From the human T2T-CHM13v2.0 reference genome, Homo sapiens, in NCBI RefSeq assembly GCF_009914755.1, contig NC_060947.1: DNA of 64,000 bases; one strand, given 5' to 3'. A program made the position numbers and the translations under genes. Below are positions 34,490 to 46,679 of this stretch, piece after piece. Within the stretch, counting starts at the first letter, position 1. Each line of letters opens with the position of its first letter. Under the pieces are notes generated by a model. That model did not search any database. It was given only the letters and a program-made list of their open reading frames with translations, and had not been told where the DNA came from.

Positions 34490-37400
34490 TGAGAGGTGAA
34501 GCCAGCTGGACTTCCTGGGTCAAGTGGGGACTTGGAGAACTTTTCTGTCTAGCTAAAGGTTTGTGAATGCACCAATCAGCACTCTGTAAAAACACACCAA
34601 TCAGCACTCTGTATCTAGCTAAAGGTTTGTAAATGCACCAATCAGCACTCTGTAGAAACACACCAATCAGCGCTCTGTGTCTAGCTAAAGGTTTGTAAAC
34701 ACACCAGTCAGCACTCTGTAAAAATGCACCAATCAGTGCTCTGTGTCTAAAGGTTTGTAAATGCACCAATCAGTACCTGTAAAAATGCACCAATCAGTGC
34801 TCTGTGTCTAGCTAAAGGTTTGTAAACGCACCAATCAGCACTCTGTAAAAACGGACCAATCAGCGCTCTGTAAAATGGACCAATCAGCAGGTCGTGGACG
34901 GGGCCAAATAAGAGAATAAAAGCTGGCCACCCGAGCCAGCAGCGGCAACCTGCTTGGGTTCCCTTCCATGCTGTGGAAGCTTTGTTCTTTCGCTCTTCAC
35001 AACAAATCTTGCTGCTGCTCACTCTTTGGGTCCGCACTTCCTTTATGAGCTGTAACACTCACCACAAAGGTCTGCAGCTACACTCCTGAAGCCAGCAAGA
35101 CCACGAATCCACCGGGAGGAACAAACAACTCCGGACGCACCACTTTTAAGAGCTGTTAACACTCACTGCGAAGGTCTGCGGCCTCACTCCTGAAGTCAGC
35201 AAGACTACGAACCCACCAGAAGGAAGAAACTCCAGACACATCTGAACACCAGAAGGAACAAACTCCAGACACACCATCTTTAAGAACTGTAACACTCACC
35301 GCGAGGGTCCGCGGCTTCATTCTTGGAAGTCAGCGAGACCAAGAACCCACCGGAAGGAACCAATTCCAGACACATTTTGGCGACCCAGATGGGACTATCA
35401 ACTATCACCAAGCAGTGAGTACCATCGGACCCCTTTCACTTGCTATTCTGTCCTATTTTACCTTAGAATTCGAGGGCTAAAGACCAGGCACCTGTCGGCC
35501 AGTTAAAAGCGACTAGCATGGCCACCGGACTAAAGACACAGGTGTCAGGGTTTCTGGGAAAGGGTTCTCTAACAATCCCTGACTCTTTGGAGTTGGGAGC
35601 ATTGGTTTGCCTGGAACCAGCTTCCACTTTTCCTGTACTGCTGGGCTGAGCCAAGGGTCGACAGAAGAGGAAAGCCATTCAGCTCCGGGGTCCCAACAAC
35701 AAGTTGGTTCACCCTGTGGCCATGAGCAGAACTCTCAAAGTCATGTCGCCCAAGTGAGACTCGCCCATCTATCCTATCTATCCTGACCCTTGCCTCCTGG
35801 GTCCTAATGCTTGTCAGACAAACTTCATCTCACCTCTCTTCTCCGAGGCTAGTCCCGCTTCTAAAAACCACTCCCTGTGTCTGGTGCTTTTCTAGTTTCT
35901 CCTGTAAGAATGATTTCTAGTATAAACTCCAGGACTCTGTTACCTTCTTTAGGCACCCAGGCTCACCAATTAGAAAGACATAATTTTTGCCCAAAGCCCC
36001 GTCGGAGCGGGGGACTATCTTATCTGGAATTTTAGGATCCCTCCTCAGACTAGCAGGCCTAACAAAAGCTATTCCTGAAGCTAAGATATGGGGAGCCTCA
36101 GAAATTGTATCCTTCCTATTCATATAAATGAGGACAAGGGCTGATGCAAGCCTTTGTCCTCTTCCAACTCTGGAGATCCCTCCCATCCCTCAGGATATGG
36201 CCCTCCACTTCATTTTTGGGACATAACATCTTTATAGGATGGGGTAAAGTCCCAATACTAACAGGAGAATGCTTAGGACTCTAACAGGTTTTCGAGAATG
36301 CGTCGATAAGGGCCACTAAATCTGATATTTCTCGGTCCTCTTTGTGGTCTAGCAGGACAGGCAAGGGTGCAGGTTTTCGAGAATGCATCGGTAAGGGCCA
36401 CTAAATCCGACCTTCCTTGGTCCTCCTTGTGGTCTAAGAGGAAAACTAGTGTTTCTGCTGCTGCGTCAGTGAGCACAACTATTCTGATCAGCAGAGTCCA
36501 GGGACCACTGTGGGTTCTTGGGAAAGAGGTGTTTCTGCTGCTGCATCGGTGAGCGCAACTATTCCCATCAGTAGGGTCCAGGGACTGTTGCGGGTTCTTG
36601 GGCAGGGGGAGAAACAAACAAACCAAAACCGGGGGTGGTTTTGTCTTTCAGATGGGAAACACTCAGGCATCAACAGGCTCACCCTTGAAATGCATCCTAA
36701 GCCATTGGGACCAATTTGACCCGCAAACCCTGAAAAAGAGGCAGCTAATTTTTTTCTGCACTATGGCCTGGTCCCAATATTCTCTCTCTGATGGGGAAAA
36801 ATGGCCACCTGAGGGAAGTACAAATTACAATACTATCCTGCAGCTTGACCTTTTCTGTAAGAGGGAAGGCAAATGGAGTGAACTTATGTCCAAGCTTTCT
36901 TTTCATTGAAGGAGAATGCACAACTATGCAAAGCTTGCAATTTACATCCCACAGGAGGACCTCTCAGCTTACCCCCATATCCTAGCCTCCCTGTAGCTCC
37001 CCTTCCTATTAATGAGCCTCCTCTAATCTCCCCTGCCCAGAAGGAAAGAAGCAAAGAAATCTCCAAAGGACCACAAACACCCCCAGGCTATCGGTTATGT
37101 CCCCTTCAAGCTATAGGGGGAGGGGAATTTGGCCCAACCCAGGTACATGTCCCCTTGTCCCTCTCTGATTTAAAGCAGATCAAGGCAGACCTGGGGAAGC
37201 TTTCAGATGATCCTGATAGGTATACAGATGTCCTACAGGGTCTAGGGCAAACCTTTGATCTCACTTGGAGAGATGTCATGCTATTGTTAGATCAAACCCT
37301 GGCCTTTAATGAAAAGAATGTGGCTTTAGCTGCAGCCTGGGAGTTTGGAGATACCTGGTATCTTAGTCAAGTAAATGATAGAATGACAGCCGAAGAAAGG

Positions 37401-38626
37401 GACAAATTGCCTACCAGTCAGCAAGCCGTCCCCAGTATGGATCCCCACTGGGACCTCGACTCAGATCATGGGGACTGGGGTAATAAACATCTGCTGACTT
37501 GTGTTCTAGAAGGACTAAGGAGAATTAGGAAAAAGCCCAAGAATTATTCAATGATGTCCACCATAACTCAGGGAAAGGAAGAAAATCCTCTGCCTTCCTC
37601 AAGTGGCTACTGGAGGCCTTAAGAAAATATACTCCTCTGTCACCCAACTCACTTGAGGGTCAATTGTTCCTAAAGGATAAGTTTATTACCCAATCAGCCG
37701 TGGATATCAGGAGAAAGCTCCAAAAGTGAGCCCTGGGCCCTGAACAAAATCTGGAGGCATTATTAAACCTGGCAACCTTGGTGTTCTATAATAGGGACCA
37801 ACAGGAACAGGCCCAAAAGGAAAAGCGAGATCAGAGAAAGGCCGCAGCCTTAGTCACGGCCCTCAGACAAACAAACCTGGGTGGTTCAGAGAGGACAGAA
37901 AATGGAGCAGGCCAATTGCCCGGTAGGGCTTGTTATCAGTGTGGTTTACAAGGACACTTTAAAAAAGATTGTCCTATGAGAAACAAGTTTCCCCCTCACC
38001 CATGTCCACTATGCTGAGGCAATCACTGGACGGCACACTGCCCCAGAGGACAAAGGTTCTCTGAGACAGAAGCCCCCAACCAGATGATCCAACAACAGGA
38101 CTGAGGGTGCCCGGGGTAGGCACCAGCTCAGCTCATATCATCGCTCTCACTGAGCCCCGGGTATGTATAACCGTTGAGGGCCAGGAAATTGACTTCCTCC
38201 TGGACACTGGTGTGGCTTTCTCAGTGTTAATCTCCTGTCCTGGACAACTGTCCTTAAGGTCCGTTACCACTGAGGAATCCCGGGACAGCCTGTAACCAAG
38301 TATTTCTCCCACCTCCTCAGTTGTAATTGGGAGACTTTGCTCTTTTCACATGCCTTTCTTGTTATGCCTGGATGTCCCACACCCTTATTAGGGAGGGATA
38401 TATTAGCCAAAGCTGGAGCTATTATCTACATGAATATGGGGAACAAGTTACCCATTTGTTGTCCCCTGCTTGAGGAGGGAATCAACCCTGAAGTCTGGGC
38501 ATTGGAAGGAACAAACTCCGGACACACCATCTTTAAGAACTGTAACACTCACCGCGAGGGTCCACAGCTTCATTCTTGAAGTTAGCGAGACCAAGAACCC
38601 ACCGGAAGGAAACAATTCTGGACACA
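34490..38626 (+). mobile_element. ERV9 (HERV9) provirus with LTR12, lacking pol/env, nested in the MER4-group provirus
   Basis: 5' LTR12 34490-35374; PBS tggcgacccagatgggac 35378-35395 (tRNA-Arg). gag from 36652 (MGNTQAS..., CYQCGLQGHFKKDC), protease LLDTG; 3' LTR remnant ~38504-38626; TSD gtaa/ataa. Confidence 0.92.
34540..34925 (+). promoter_or_regulatory. LTR12 U3 enhancer/promoter tandem CCAAT array
   Basis: Ten ccaatcag plus one ccagtcag in tandem units, then an AATAAAA TATA-like box at ~34915. Confidence 0.85.
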
Positions 38627-40855
38627 ATAAGAGCCCATGTTCTTTGGTACATTTTATATAAACCTAGGAAGCAAGAAGTCCTGAACTGTGTATCGATATT
38701 AGCAGTTTATAGATGAGAACATTCCACAATTTTTGGAACATGTTTCCCACACAGCAACCCCTTTTTAATTGGAAATGACCCAGACATCCAATAAGCATCC
38801 AAAACAATTCTAAGATTTTAAAGTATACATAAGTCTACTTACAAGCATTTATGTCATTTATATGTACCCAATTTTCCCATTTCTAACAGTTTATTTAGAT
38901 TACTTCTGAAAATTGAGATATTACACAAAGGTGGTCATTATTTAAAGTTATTTCCCTGTTAACCATTTTAAAGCCTGTAAACATTAGGTGTTTAAGTAAG
39001 AACCTTAAACATATGGGCATTTTGTCAATAACTCAGATTTAGAAGTTACCACTGAACTAAAATTAGTCTCTGTCAAAAAAAATATACAAACTCACCACTT
39101 TATGGTGAAATTCACACTGCTAAGCTATTCTTTCATGAGATTGGAACTTGTTTACATGGCTAAATTTTGTTTGCCCCAATACATAATCCAGTAAAAGCTG
39201 TGAACTTAAATTTTGGTAAAGCACTCCCTGTGGTGGCTTTTTTTTAAAAAGAAACATTTTACCCTTTTCCCCTTCAGTTTCAAGTGAGTTTCCAATGTTT
39301 ACGTTCTAGTTAGTCCACAAATAATGAGTCCTATCTCAGTACCAGCAGCTTAGTAACAGCAGATTTAAAGCAGGCAGAAAAGAAGAGAAAGATATAGCCT
39401 GGCAGGCCTCCACACAGAAGCCAGGTTTTACAAGTGGGGCATGAGAAAGAAAGGAGGGGAAGAAGGTTTTACGAGTGGGGAATGAGAAAGAAAGGAGGTA
39501 AAGTGACTGAAAGGAAACTTGGGAGCCTTCCAGCCATCACACAGTGCAGGGTCACTACCCCCACCATTCTCATTTATCTTCCATTAAAGAGAGCCTCAGT
39601 ACCCCAAGTGGGAGGCTCTCCCAGATAGTCAGAAGGGTGAAACTGGAGGTAGAGAGTAAAGTGATCAGGGCCCATACACAAAGTCATACATTTACACATG
39701 GAAACAAACAGCATGCTTCCGAATGAATCACCAATCAAGGGATTGGGTGAGGTCCTGAATCCCCCGCCCCAGTTCCAAATGGCTCCACAGGCAGCTGAGT
39801 CCAAGCCCAGCAAATGGTCCTTTGGTGTTGCACATACAAACAAATGTAAATGTATAAAATGATGAAATGGTGTCACTATCAGCCAAGTCTAAATAAAGCA
39901 GGGCCCCGCAGCACCCCAAGAGAGGCAGAAGGTGGTCAGGTGCACTCTAACTCACTCACTCAATTCCAGAGTTTGCTGGCTTCTTCAGAGGTCACTTTCT
40001 TTGTACCCGTGAAGGATTGAAAGCAGCAGACATCATGCTGGGAGGTGAAAGGGAGGTTCACCAAGAACAAAAGCCTTTCTGGCAGCTGCTGTGAAGTTCC
40101 CTAATGGTCCTGTCACGGGTCTGCTAGCCAAGAGCAGCTGGCACTCACAGGCGACCCCACGCCTGACCCAGTGATGAAACCAGGCTGACAGGCTTGGATC
40201 GCCTAGGGCACACAGAACTTCCCCATATGGGCCACCAAAACTGTAACCAAAATGCAGGTTCAGTTGCTTGCCACTTGCATAGTCCAATTAACAAGAGCGA
40301 GGTCTGGTATAAAGAAAGTGACCTTTTATTCAAAACCTAGCTTAGGGGAAGAAGTACAGACTTCCTTCCTTAAAAGCACCGCTTCACTTTTGGAGCAGAA
40401 AGTGCATGCTTTTAAAAGGGGGCCTAGAATAAATGGCATGCAGGGGAGGAAGCAAACAGGTGGGTGTCTGCGTGCTCACTTTGTTGCTTCATCTACCAGG
40501 CAGTCGAGTTGGCTTCTTCATGGACAGAACTAGGTTGTAAAGGTGGTTGAAGCTCTCCAGGCGGGAGAGTTTTGTAGCAGGCATACTTTGGGCTGTAAAT
40601 TGACTGTTGTCCTTTTGGCAGTCTCCTTGTGGGAGAGAGTTCCACACTGGAGCTTCTAAGCACATAGTTAGATGAAATTGCCTTGTAGGAAGTGTCTAGT
40701 GAAGTGGAGGTAAAAGGTTATAATTGAATTTCTAAAGGGCTAAGCAGGAAGTGGGGAACAGGGAGAAAAGGAAAAAACAGAAAAGGAGTAACCAAAATAA
40801 AAAATAATAACTCATTCTCTTTTTCTTAGAAATATGAAATACTCAGTTACATAAC

Positions 40856-42200
40856 CATCTGGAAGTCCTTAAATGTTGATACTACTCAAAGAGATCTTCA
40901 CTGTCCTCTCTCTACACTCTCTACTGGATGATCTCATTTATATCCTCTTCACCTACTGCCCATGCACTGATGACTCCAAAATCTACATCTCCGGCTCATT
41001 CTTCTTTCCTAGGCTGCACATCAGGGTATCTCCGGCCTTTTGAACATCTCCAAGTTAATGCCCCTTGGGTACCAGAAATTCACATTTATAAAATTAACCT
41101 CACATTCTTCTCAGGCCTGCATAGGGGGAAGAAGTACAGGATTCCTGACTTAAAAGTACCGCTTCACTTTTGGAGCAGAAAGTAGGTGCTTTTATATTTT
41201 TCCTCTATTAGGTTCCATCTAAGGGAATGGCACACCATCAACTCAGTTGCTCCAGCCAAATATTCTAAAAATATATCCATGATATCCACACCTCTCTCTC
41301 AACTCCAACATCCAATTAATCAACTTATACTCCTTTAAATGCCACATATTTACATCTTTTTTTTTTGAGACAAAGCCTTGCTTGGTCACCAAAACTAGAG
41401 TGCAGTGACACAATCATAGCTCACTGCAGCCTCAAACTCCTGGGCTTAAGCAATCCTCCTGCCTCAGCCTCCCAAATTGTTGGGATTACAGGCATGAGCC
41501 ACTGTGCCTGGCTCACATATTTCTTGAATGTATCTACTTCTTTCAACATAGTCAATACCCTAGTTCAGGTCACCATCATTTCTCACCCGGACTATTACCA
41601 CAGCCTCTTCTTAGCCCTTTAGCAAACAATTTTCTACTCTTCGGATTGAGGTCATGTCTCCTTTCCTCAAATCCCTGAACAAGTCACATCAGACTCTCTA
41701 TAATCTAGATTTTTCTTACCCCATCAGTTTCATCTCCAGAAGATCCTTTCTTTTCTTTTATACCCTTACACTACATTCTAGACATAATGAACAAGTTCTT
41801 GTTCCCCGAAGCACCATATTTTATCTGTCTTCCAGAACCTCACATTTATTCTTCCTTCTCTGTGGAATACCCTTTCACTACTTTTACTGGCTAAATCCTA
41901 TTTATCCTTTAGATGTCAAATTACATGGCATTTCCTCCAAGAAACTTTTTCTCTTCTTCCTAGCCTCATATAGATTAGTTCCCTGTACTATGAGCTAGCA
42001 GAGCCGACTGAATCCCCACTATCATAAAAAATACTTAGTACATTTTGTTGGAATGTATAATGTCTCCTCAATACACTGAGAGTTCCATAAAGACAGGAGC
42101 TATTTCTGATTTGCTCAACCCACATACCCTGAGGTAGCAGAATTCTTGGCCTAAAGTTCTGAATAGCTTTATCACAGCTAAAGCACAGTTGTAAGGATGG
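40856..42200 (+). mobile_element. L2 LINE, 3' half
   Basis: gatgactccaaaatctac = DDSKIY (YADD-region motif), then L2 3' sequences (tcctccaagaaactttt, ataaagacaggagc). Confidence 0.75.
41357..41512 (-). mobile_element. Monomeric Alu (FRAM/FLAM)
   Basis: ~150-bp single arm with poly-T; flanking cacatattt repeat. Confidence 0.85.
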
Positions 42201-42439
42201 AGGCACTAGATCAGTGCAAATACTTGACTATTTATCTACCAGGTTAAACCTAGATGGAAAAATACAGCTTAAATAACTCAAAATTTTACTGATTGAAACA
42301 TGATGAAGGCCCCTTCTTCATATATTAAGTACTAAGATTTAATTCAGAATTAGAAAAAGGTCAATGTAAATAGTCTTGGACAGCAAGTGTTTCTGGGAAA
42401 GGTTTCCTTGCTCTAAATCAAATGTAATAGTAAACTTTT

Positions 42440-42582
42440 AAAAATAGATTTTGTGTATATTTAAGGTATACATGTTATGGGATACATATAGATAGTGAAA
42501 CAGCTACTATAATGAAGCAAATCAACATATACATCATCTCACAGAGTTGCGCTTTCTTTTCTGTTTTTGTGGCAAGAGCAGC
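42440..42582 (-). mobile_element. L1MA 3'-end fragment
   Basis: ttgtgtatatttaaggtataca...aagcaaatcaacatatacatcatctcacagagt. Confidence 0.7.
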
Positions 42583-42583
42583 A

Positions 42584-42870
42584 TTTTTTTTTTTTTTTTT
42601 TGAGACAGAGTCTTCATCTGTCGCCCAGGCTGGAGTGCCTTGGCTCACTGCAAGCTCCGCCTCCCGGGTTCACGCCATTCTCCTGCCTCAGCCTCCAGAG
42701 TAGCTGGGACTACAGGCGCCTGCCACCACGCCCGGCTAATTTTTTCTATTTTTAGTAGAGACGGGGTTTCACCGTGTTAGCCAGGATGGTCTCGATCTCG
42801 TGACCTCGTGATCCGTCCTCCTCGGCCTCCCAAAGTGCTGGGATTACAGGCGTGAGTGACCGCGTTCGCC
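42584..42870 (-). mobile_element. AluY
   Basis: gcaagctccgcctcccgggttcacgccattc and ccgtgttagccaggatgg diagnostics; TSD caagagcagc; small internal deletion. Confidence 0.95.
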
Positions 42871-44479
42871 CAAGAGCAGCCATTTTTAATGGCAGAATGG
42901 CAACAGCATTCTGCATACCTGGTTATCTAATCCCAACTTTGTTCTGTATTGGAAGCGTGACCTGTATCATTTTACCTAACCTTGCTGAGACTCAATTTTC
43001 TCATCTGAAATGGAGCTAACAGAACCTCCCCTGCCCCCATGTGACTTTGAGCTCAAATAATTTATGTGAAAATAGTGTAATAAATTTTTCTTTAAAAATA
43101 CATTAGGACTGAGCTAACTCCTTAAATGTCCACTAGGGTGCATCATGCCACCACTGGAACCATCTGCTAAGAATGACTTTGCAGTCTACCTACATAGTCT
43201 TCTTTTAACACCCAAGAAATGAGGTCTAAGTTTGAGTGAGTAGATAAAAGAAAAATAATTGTTACCAACTCTGCCCTGAGCCCTCTATCCCCTCAGCACT
43301 AGCCCCAAAGTCTAAACTCCCAGAGGTCTTGGCCTGCTTCTTCACATTGCTGTGAAGACTTACACAGGTCACAGTGTTAATGGATCTTCTTGGACCGTGG
43401 ATGGGCTTTTTGGTTCTCCATGTTTACCATCCGGTATAAAGGAGGACCACTGAATTCATTATAAGCTGTTGTCATCATCTTCATCTAAAGAACATGAGCT
43501 TTTGAGTAAGATAAAACTGAATTTCCATTCCCAACCCACCACATTCCAGTCTTTTGATTCATTTCACTGATTTCAGGTTTATAGCCTTAATTCTGGGAAT
43601 AGAAATTTGAGACATCTCAAGTGCTATTTGGAGACTGAGTTGAGGGAACAACTTTCCCCTCTCCTCAGGTATGGGAATATCAGTGTCCATAATTTGAAAT
43701 TGCAGACTCTCAGTTTTTGGTAGTGGTAGGGGTTGGAGGATGGAGGGATTTCTCTAGGCCATTTGGAGTCAGCGTGGGTCAGAGGACTAGTCTAGCAACA
43801 AAACCTACAAAGTGTCTGACCCTTCAAGTATACACTGTGCAGTAGTTGTAAATTGTATTTTTTGTATTACATTTCCCTCACATTATCTGGTAATCTTCAG
43901 TAAAATCTCATTAAAAGTCACGGCCTAGTCTCTGATGGTGCTGTAAGAAATTAGGGAAGGGTGTGGGCACATTATGGGGTAAGAAGGTAGAAGAGGGAGA
44001 GCAGGATTCCCTTTTGAGTCCAGAGTTATTTACCACTTGGATACCACTGTGCCCAGAGGAGCAGCAACTTCATGAGGGTCAGAGCCTGCAGAGAGGCAGT
44101 GATATGGTGGCTTGCTGAGAAGCCAGAGAAGACAAAGACAACTTTCTGGAAAACAGGTAAACTAATAAAAGGCCTACTTTTAGCCAATACACTGCAATTG
44201 TATGATTTATTACAAGAGCACCCCCTCTGAATTGATGGCTTGTCCCCAGCCTCAGTGCTTGGTAAGTAAAAAGTCTGTGTGGGAATTAGGAAACAAAAGC
44301 AAACACAAAACAGGCCTATTCCACCCTGCACTAAGTCTTGGTGACTAGAGCTTGGTCTAAATTTCAGACCCAAGTTTTCTGCTATGCTTTTTATACTTAT
44401 GCAAGGCAGAAGCAGTACAAATTCCATTATGGCCCTGCGCATTAGCCTAAAAAATTCTAAGGAATAGCGAGATGCCTGT

Positions 44480-44975
44480 ATGGCATATACTTAACAATAA
44501 AAAGATCATGGATTATTTGGAAATATTCTGGATGAGGCACACCTGTGCTATCCTTGTTTGAATTATATATATTTGTAAATAGAAAGACTGGAAATTATAT
44601 ATATTTAAACTTGGTTATCTGTGTAGAGGAATCGTGTGATTTTTTTACATGTAATTATTTAAATTTTTATTTTTAATTTTTTTGAGTACATAGTAGGTAT
44701 ATATATGTATGGGGTATATGGGATATTGATAAAGGCATACAATGTGTAATAATCACATCAGGATAAAAGGTGCATCCATCACCACAAGCATTTATCCTGT
44801 GTTACATGCAATCCAATTATACTTTTAGTCATTTTTTAACGTACAATGAAATTATTGACCATAGTCACCCTGTTGTGCTATCAAATACTAGATCTTATTC
44901 ATTTTTTATTTATTATTTTGGAATTTTAAAAATTTTCTGAAATTGAGATGAATTAATTTTGTAGTCAGAAAAAAC
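44480..44975. mobile_element. Old L1 3' end (+) with an L1MA 3' end (-) inserted at ~44650-44905
   Basis: gagtacatagtaggtatatatatgtatggggta...gtcaccctgttgtgctatcaaatactagatcttattcatt. Confidence 0.7.
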
Positions 44976-45304
44976 AAATTCAGTGCCCTTTTTTAAAAAG
45001 GTAAATAGTAGAATGAGTGTCCCAACTGGAACCTAAACTTATGTCCACCACTAGGGTTTAAAGTTTTCCGGTAATGTGTGACATACTGAAGGGGATAAAG
45101 TCCTTTGGCATGTAGAACTGGGGGCTTTGCAAGGAAAAATTCACACTAACGGAAGAGCAGTCTGCAAACAAGTTTAGCTCAAGAACAAAAGCTAGGTTTT
45201 CGGAGAGGAGGAATCAATCTTTCTGGGCTGTGGATCTGTCTTCTGATCAGCCTTCTGCACTTAAGTCTAGGAGAGAGGGGGCCTACAAGTAAACTCTGAA
45301 GAAT

Positions 45305-45590
45305 ACTTTTTTCAATTTTTATTATGGAAAATTTCAAACATATACAAAAGTATAGAGAATAGTATAATGAACTCTCAAACATCCATCACACAGCTTCAGC
45401 AATTACCAATTTATGGCCAATCTTGTTTCATCTATGTACTCAATTACCCCACACTCAGATGATTTTGAAGCGAATACCAGTAACATATCATTTCACCTGT
45501 ACATTTTTCAGTATACTTCTCTAAAAGATAATCATTTTTTAAAACAACATAACCACAGTACCATATCACATCTTAAAAAACAATAAATCA
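45305..45590 (-). mobile_element. Ancient L1M (L1MC/ME-like) 3' end inside the NUDT11 3'UTR
   Basis: ttttattatggaaaatttcaaacatatacaaaagtatagagaatagtataatgaac is a reverse L1M 3' terminus. Confidence 0.75.
45318..45323 (-). terminator. NUDT11: Probable NUDT11 poly(A) signal AATAAA
   Basis: tttatt on + strand, ~1.72 kb into the inferred last exon. Usage is inferred; other candidates exist (e.g. ~45603, ~46331). Confidence 0.6.
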
Positions 45591-46679
45591 AGAAGTTATA
45601 TTTTTATTTCAAATTATGTAACAACTGGGGACACAATCAATACATTTCACTGGTATCATGAGGAAGAGTGTCACACTAAAATGGAGTCCAAGCTTTTATC
45701 GATGCAATTGCTTTATAATATAAAAGAAAAAATCAAACAAACTAGCATATTAGAACCACTTTTGGTAATTTGTAAGGAGCTGAAGACTGCTGATATCACA
45801 CATCCCATGGCAAACTCCGTAAGATTTCTTCTAAACATCTTTGTTATTTTCTTAAAATTGTTCTGGAGGCAGCTGATGCAAGTCCTCTTTTTTAAAAAAA
45901 CCTTCACTTTGTGTTCCCCTCTAATAGCAGCCTCTTTCCTAAATGCCTTTTCTAAATGACAACAATTTTGCCCTCTCTCAGCCCTCTGCATTCTCATATG
46001 CAGAAACCAGGTAGGATGAGGAGCTAGCTGTGTGTACTGGAAAAGGGATGAAAACTACAGCCAAATGGATCAGTGAGAGAGGCAAAAGAAATCTAGACAA
46101 ACTAAATGGCATAATTAAGTTTGGAAACTGCCTATGATATAGCCTGTTGGCTCTGGCATCAAATAATACAGTATGTTAAATCTGTAAAATGAGGAAACAG
46201 TGTTTCCTCAAAGAGATGTTAAGATGACATGTAAGAAGTGGTTAGGGCAGGCATTGCAAAAAAATGTCTTATATATCATTTTAAAATTTATTTTTATAAA
46301 AACTCACAACATTATTTTGCGTCCACTGTATTTATTTTTACAATTACCTTTATAGCAAGTGATAGTTTTTGAATAAAATTTAAGCAAATCATCAACAGTA
46401 CAAAAACACTAGAGTTGTTACACGAAGGACTGATTCTACAAAACATTACCCTAGGTGATGGCATAATCTTAAAACTGTGCAGCTACTGTGTGGTATGACA
46501 TAGAAATAGGAGTAATAATTCTTGTCCTCAAACATCTTACAACTGTCTTGAAATATTTCTGAAACACCTGATACACAAAAGCCACACACATGGTGCCTAG
46601 ATAGCATATACTCTACTAGCACCAGATTGGAAGGGGAATGTTTTGCCACACGGTGATTACAAAATATTAATTGAATCAA

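Larger units (their letters stand above)
29380..40851 (-). mobile_element. MER4-group non-autonomous ERV1 provirus (LTR subfamily unresolved)
   Basis: Direct-repeat LTRs 29380-29978 and 40242-40851; 4-bp TSD taac. PBS 40220-40237 matches tRNA-Ile 16/18. env TM remnant on minus (SCCIYIPDNLGK ~30430; ALIAGIGIFLCCG). AT-rich MER4-int-like body. Confidence 0.85.

Noticed and set aside
34540-35340. Regularly spaced repeats resembling a CRISPR array
   Set aside because: No unique spacers; these are the LTR12 U3 and U5 tandem repeats in mammalian DNA.
36906-37622. 238-aa gag ORF as a domesticated gene
   Set aside because: Flanked by frameshifts and stops, and begins at a TTG; ordinary decay of a relatively young ERV9.
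45681-45997. Overlapping 92-94 aa ORFs in the NUDT11 3'UTR
   Set aside because: No recognisable homology or motif; lengths within chance expectation.
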